Shown here: positions 31,792-32,000 of the stretch, in pieces | Layout of the letters: each line of letters opens with the position of its first letter | Position numbering within the stretch: position 1 is the stretch's first letter | From: Mycolicibacterium smegmatis | GTDB lineage: Bacteria; Actinomycetota; Actinomycetes; Mycobacteriales; Mycobacteriaceae | Direction: 5' to 3' | DNA: 32,000 nt | NCBI RefSeq assembly: GCF_001457595.1 | Contig: NZ_LN831039.1 | Coordinates: 1,560,001-1,592,000 of the forward strand | The notes under the pieces: model-generated | What the model was told of the DNA's origin: nothing | The model's database searches: none | Seen by the model: the letters and a program-made list of their open reading frames with translations, nothing else | Translations under genes and position numbers: made by a program

Positions 31792-32000
31792 GGGTGCAGC
31801 TCCAATGTGCAGCATTTGACGGATCCGCCGCCTTTGAGGAGTTCGGTGAGGTCGACACCGATCGGTTCGAAGCCGGCGTGACGCAATTGCTCGGCGAAAC
31901 CCGTTGCCGCCGCCGGCATCACCACGTTCTTCCCGTCGGAAACCACGTTGAGACCGAGCACGTAGGCATCGGCGGTGGCCACCTCGATCGCGTCGGGGTA
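31788..32000 (-). CDS. Dimethylargininase (DDAH)/amidinotransferase-family protein, 3' part only (5' end beyond window)
   Basis: ...VLGLNVVSDGKNVVMPAAATGFAEQLRHAGFEPIGVDLTELLKGGGSVKCCTLELHP; GGGSVKCCTLELH is the catalytic-Cys end of this family. Confidence 0.88.
   Translation of the reverse strand, partial: YPDAIEVATADAYVLGLNVVSDGKNVVMPAAATGFAEQLRHAGFEPIGVDLTELLKGGGSVKCCTLELHP

Overview
Chromosomal window from a high-GC mycobacterium. The gene content and order around rpsL-rpsG-fusA-tuf resemble Mycolicibacterium smegmatis; this is inferred from memory of gene order, since no database search was possible. Left part: the 3' part of an MmpL transporter, endonuclease IV, a PAP2-family membrane protein converging on and overlapping a cupin gene, a hypothetical membrane protein, and an operon-like run of AidB/FadE8-like acyl-CoA dehydrogenase, crotonase, PaaX-like regulator and crotonase. 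These are followed by LysR / Fe-alcohol dehydrogenase, a pair of DUF3060-like and a pair of DUF3558-like exported proteins, and a TetR regulator. Middle: the str operon (rpsL, rpsG, fusA, tuf) with a good terminator. Right part: a Pro-rich exported protein, a cutinase-like protein, a SHOCT-type membrane protein, and an arginine/ornithine-related locus. That locus contains a frameshifted NhaC-like antiporter, an APC permease with an in-frame TAA, arginine deiminase, an SDR with a KstR-like operator, a double USP protein, a second APC permease, ornithine aminotransferase and the 3' end of a DDAH/amidinotransferase-family gene. I see no CRISPR, prophage, IS element, toxin-antitoxin or obvious defence system. 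The most interesting items are the two adjacent interrupted transporter genes, the KstR-type palindrome, an 18-bp perfect palindrome upstream of the Pro-rich exported protein, the divergent DUF3060/DUF3558 pairs, and the gapped arginine pathway. No clearly undescribed system is supported by sequence alone.
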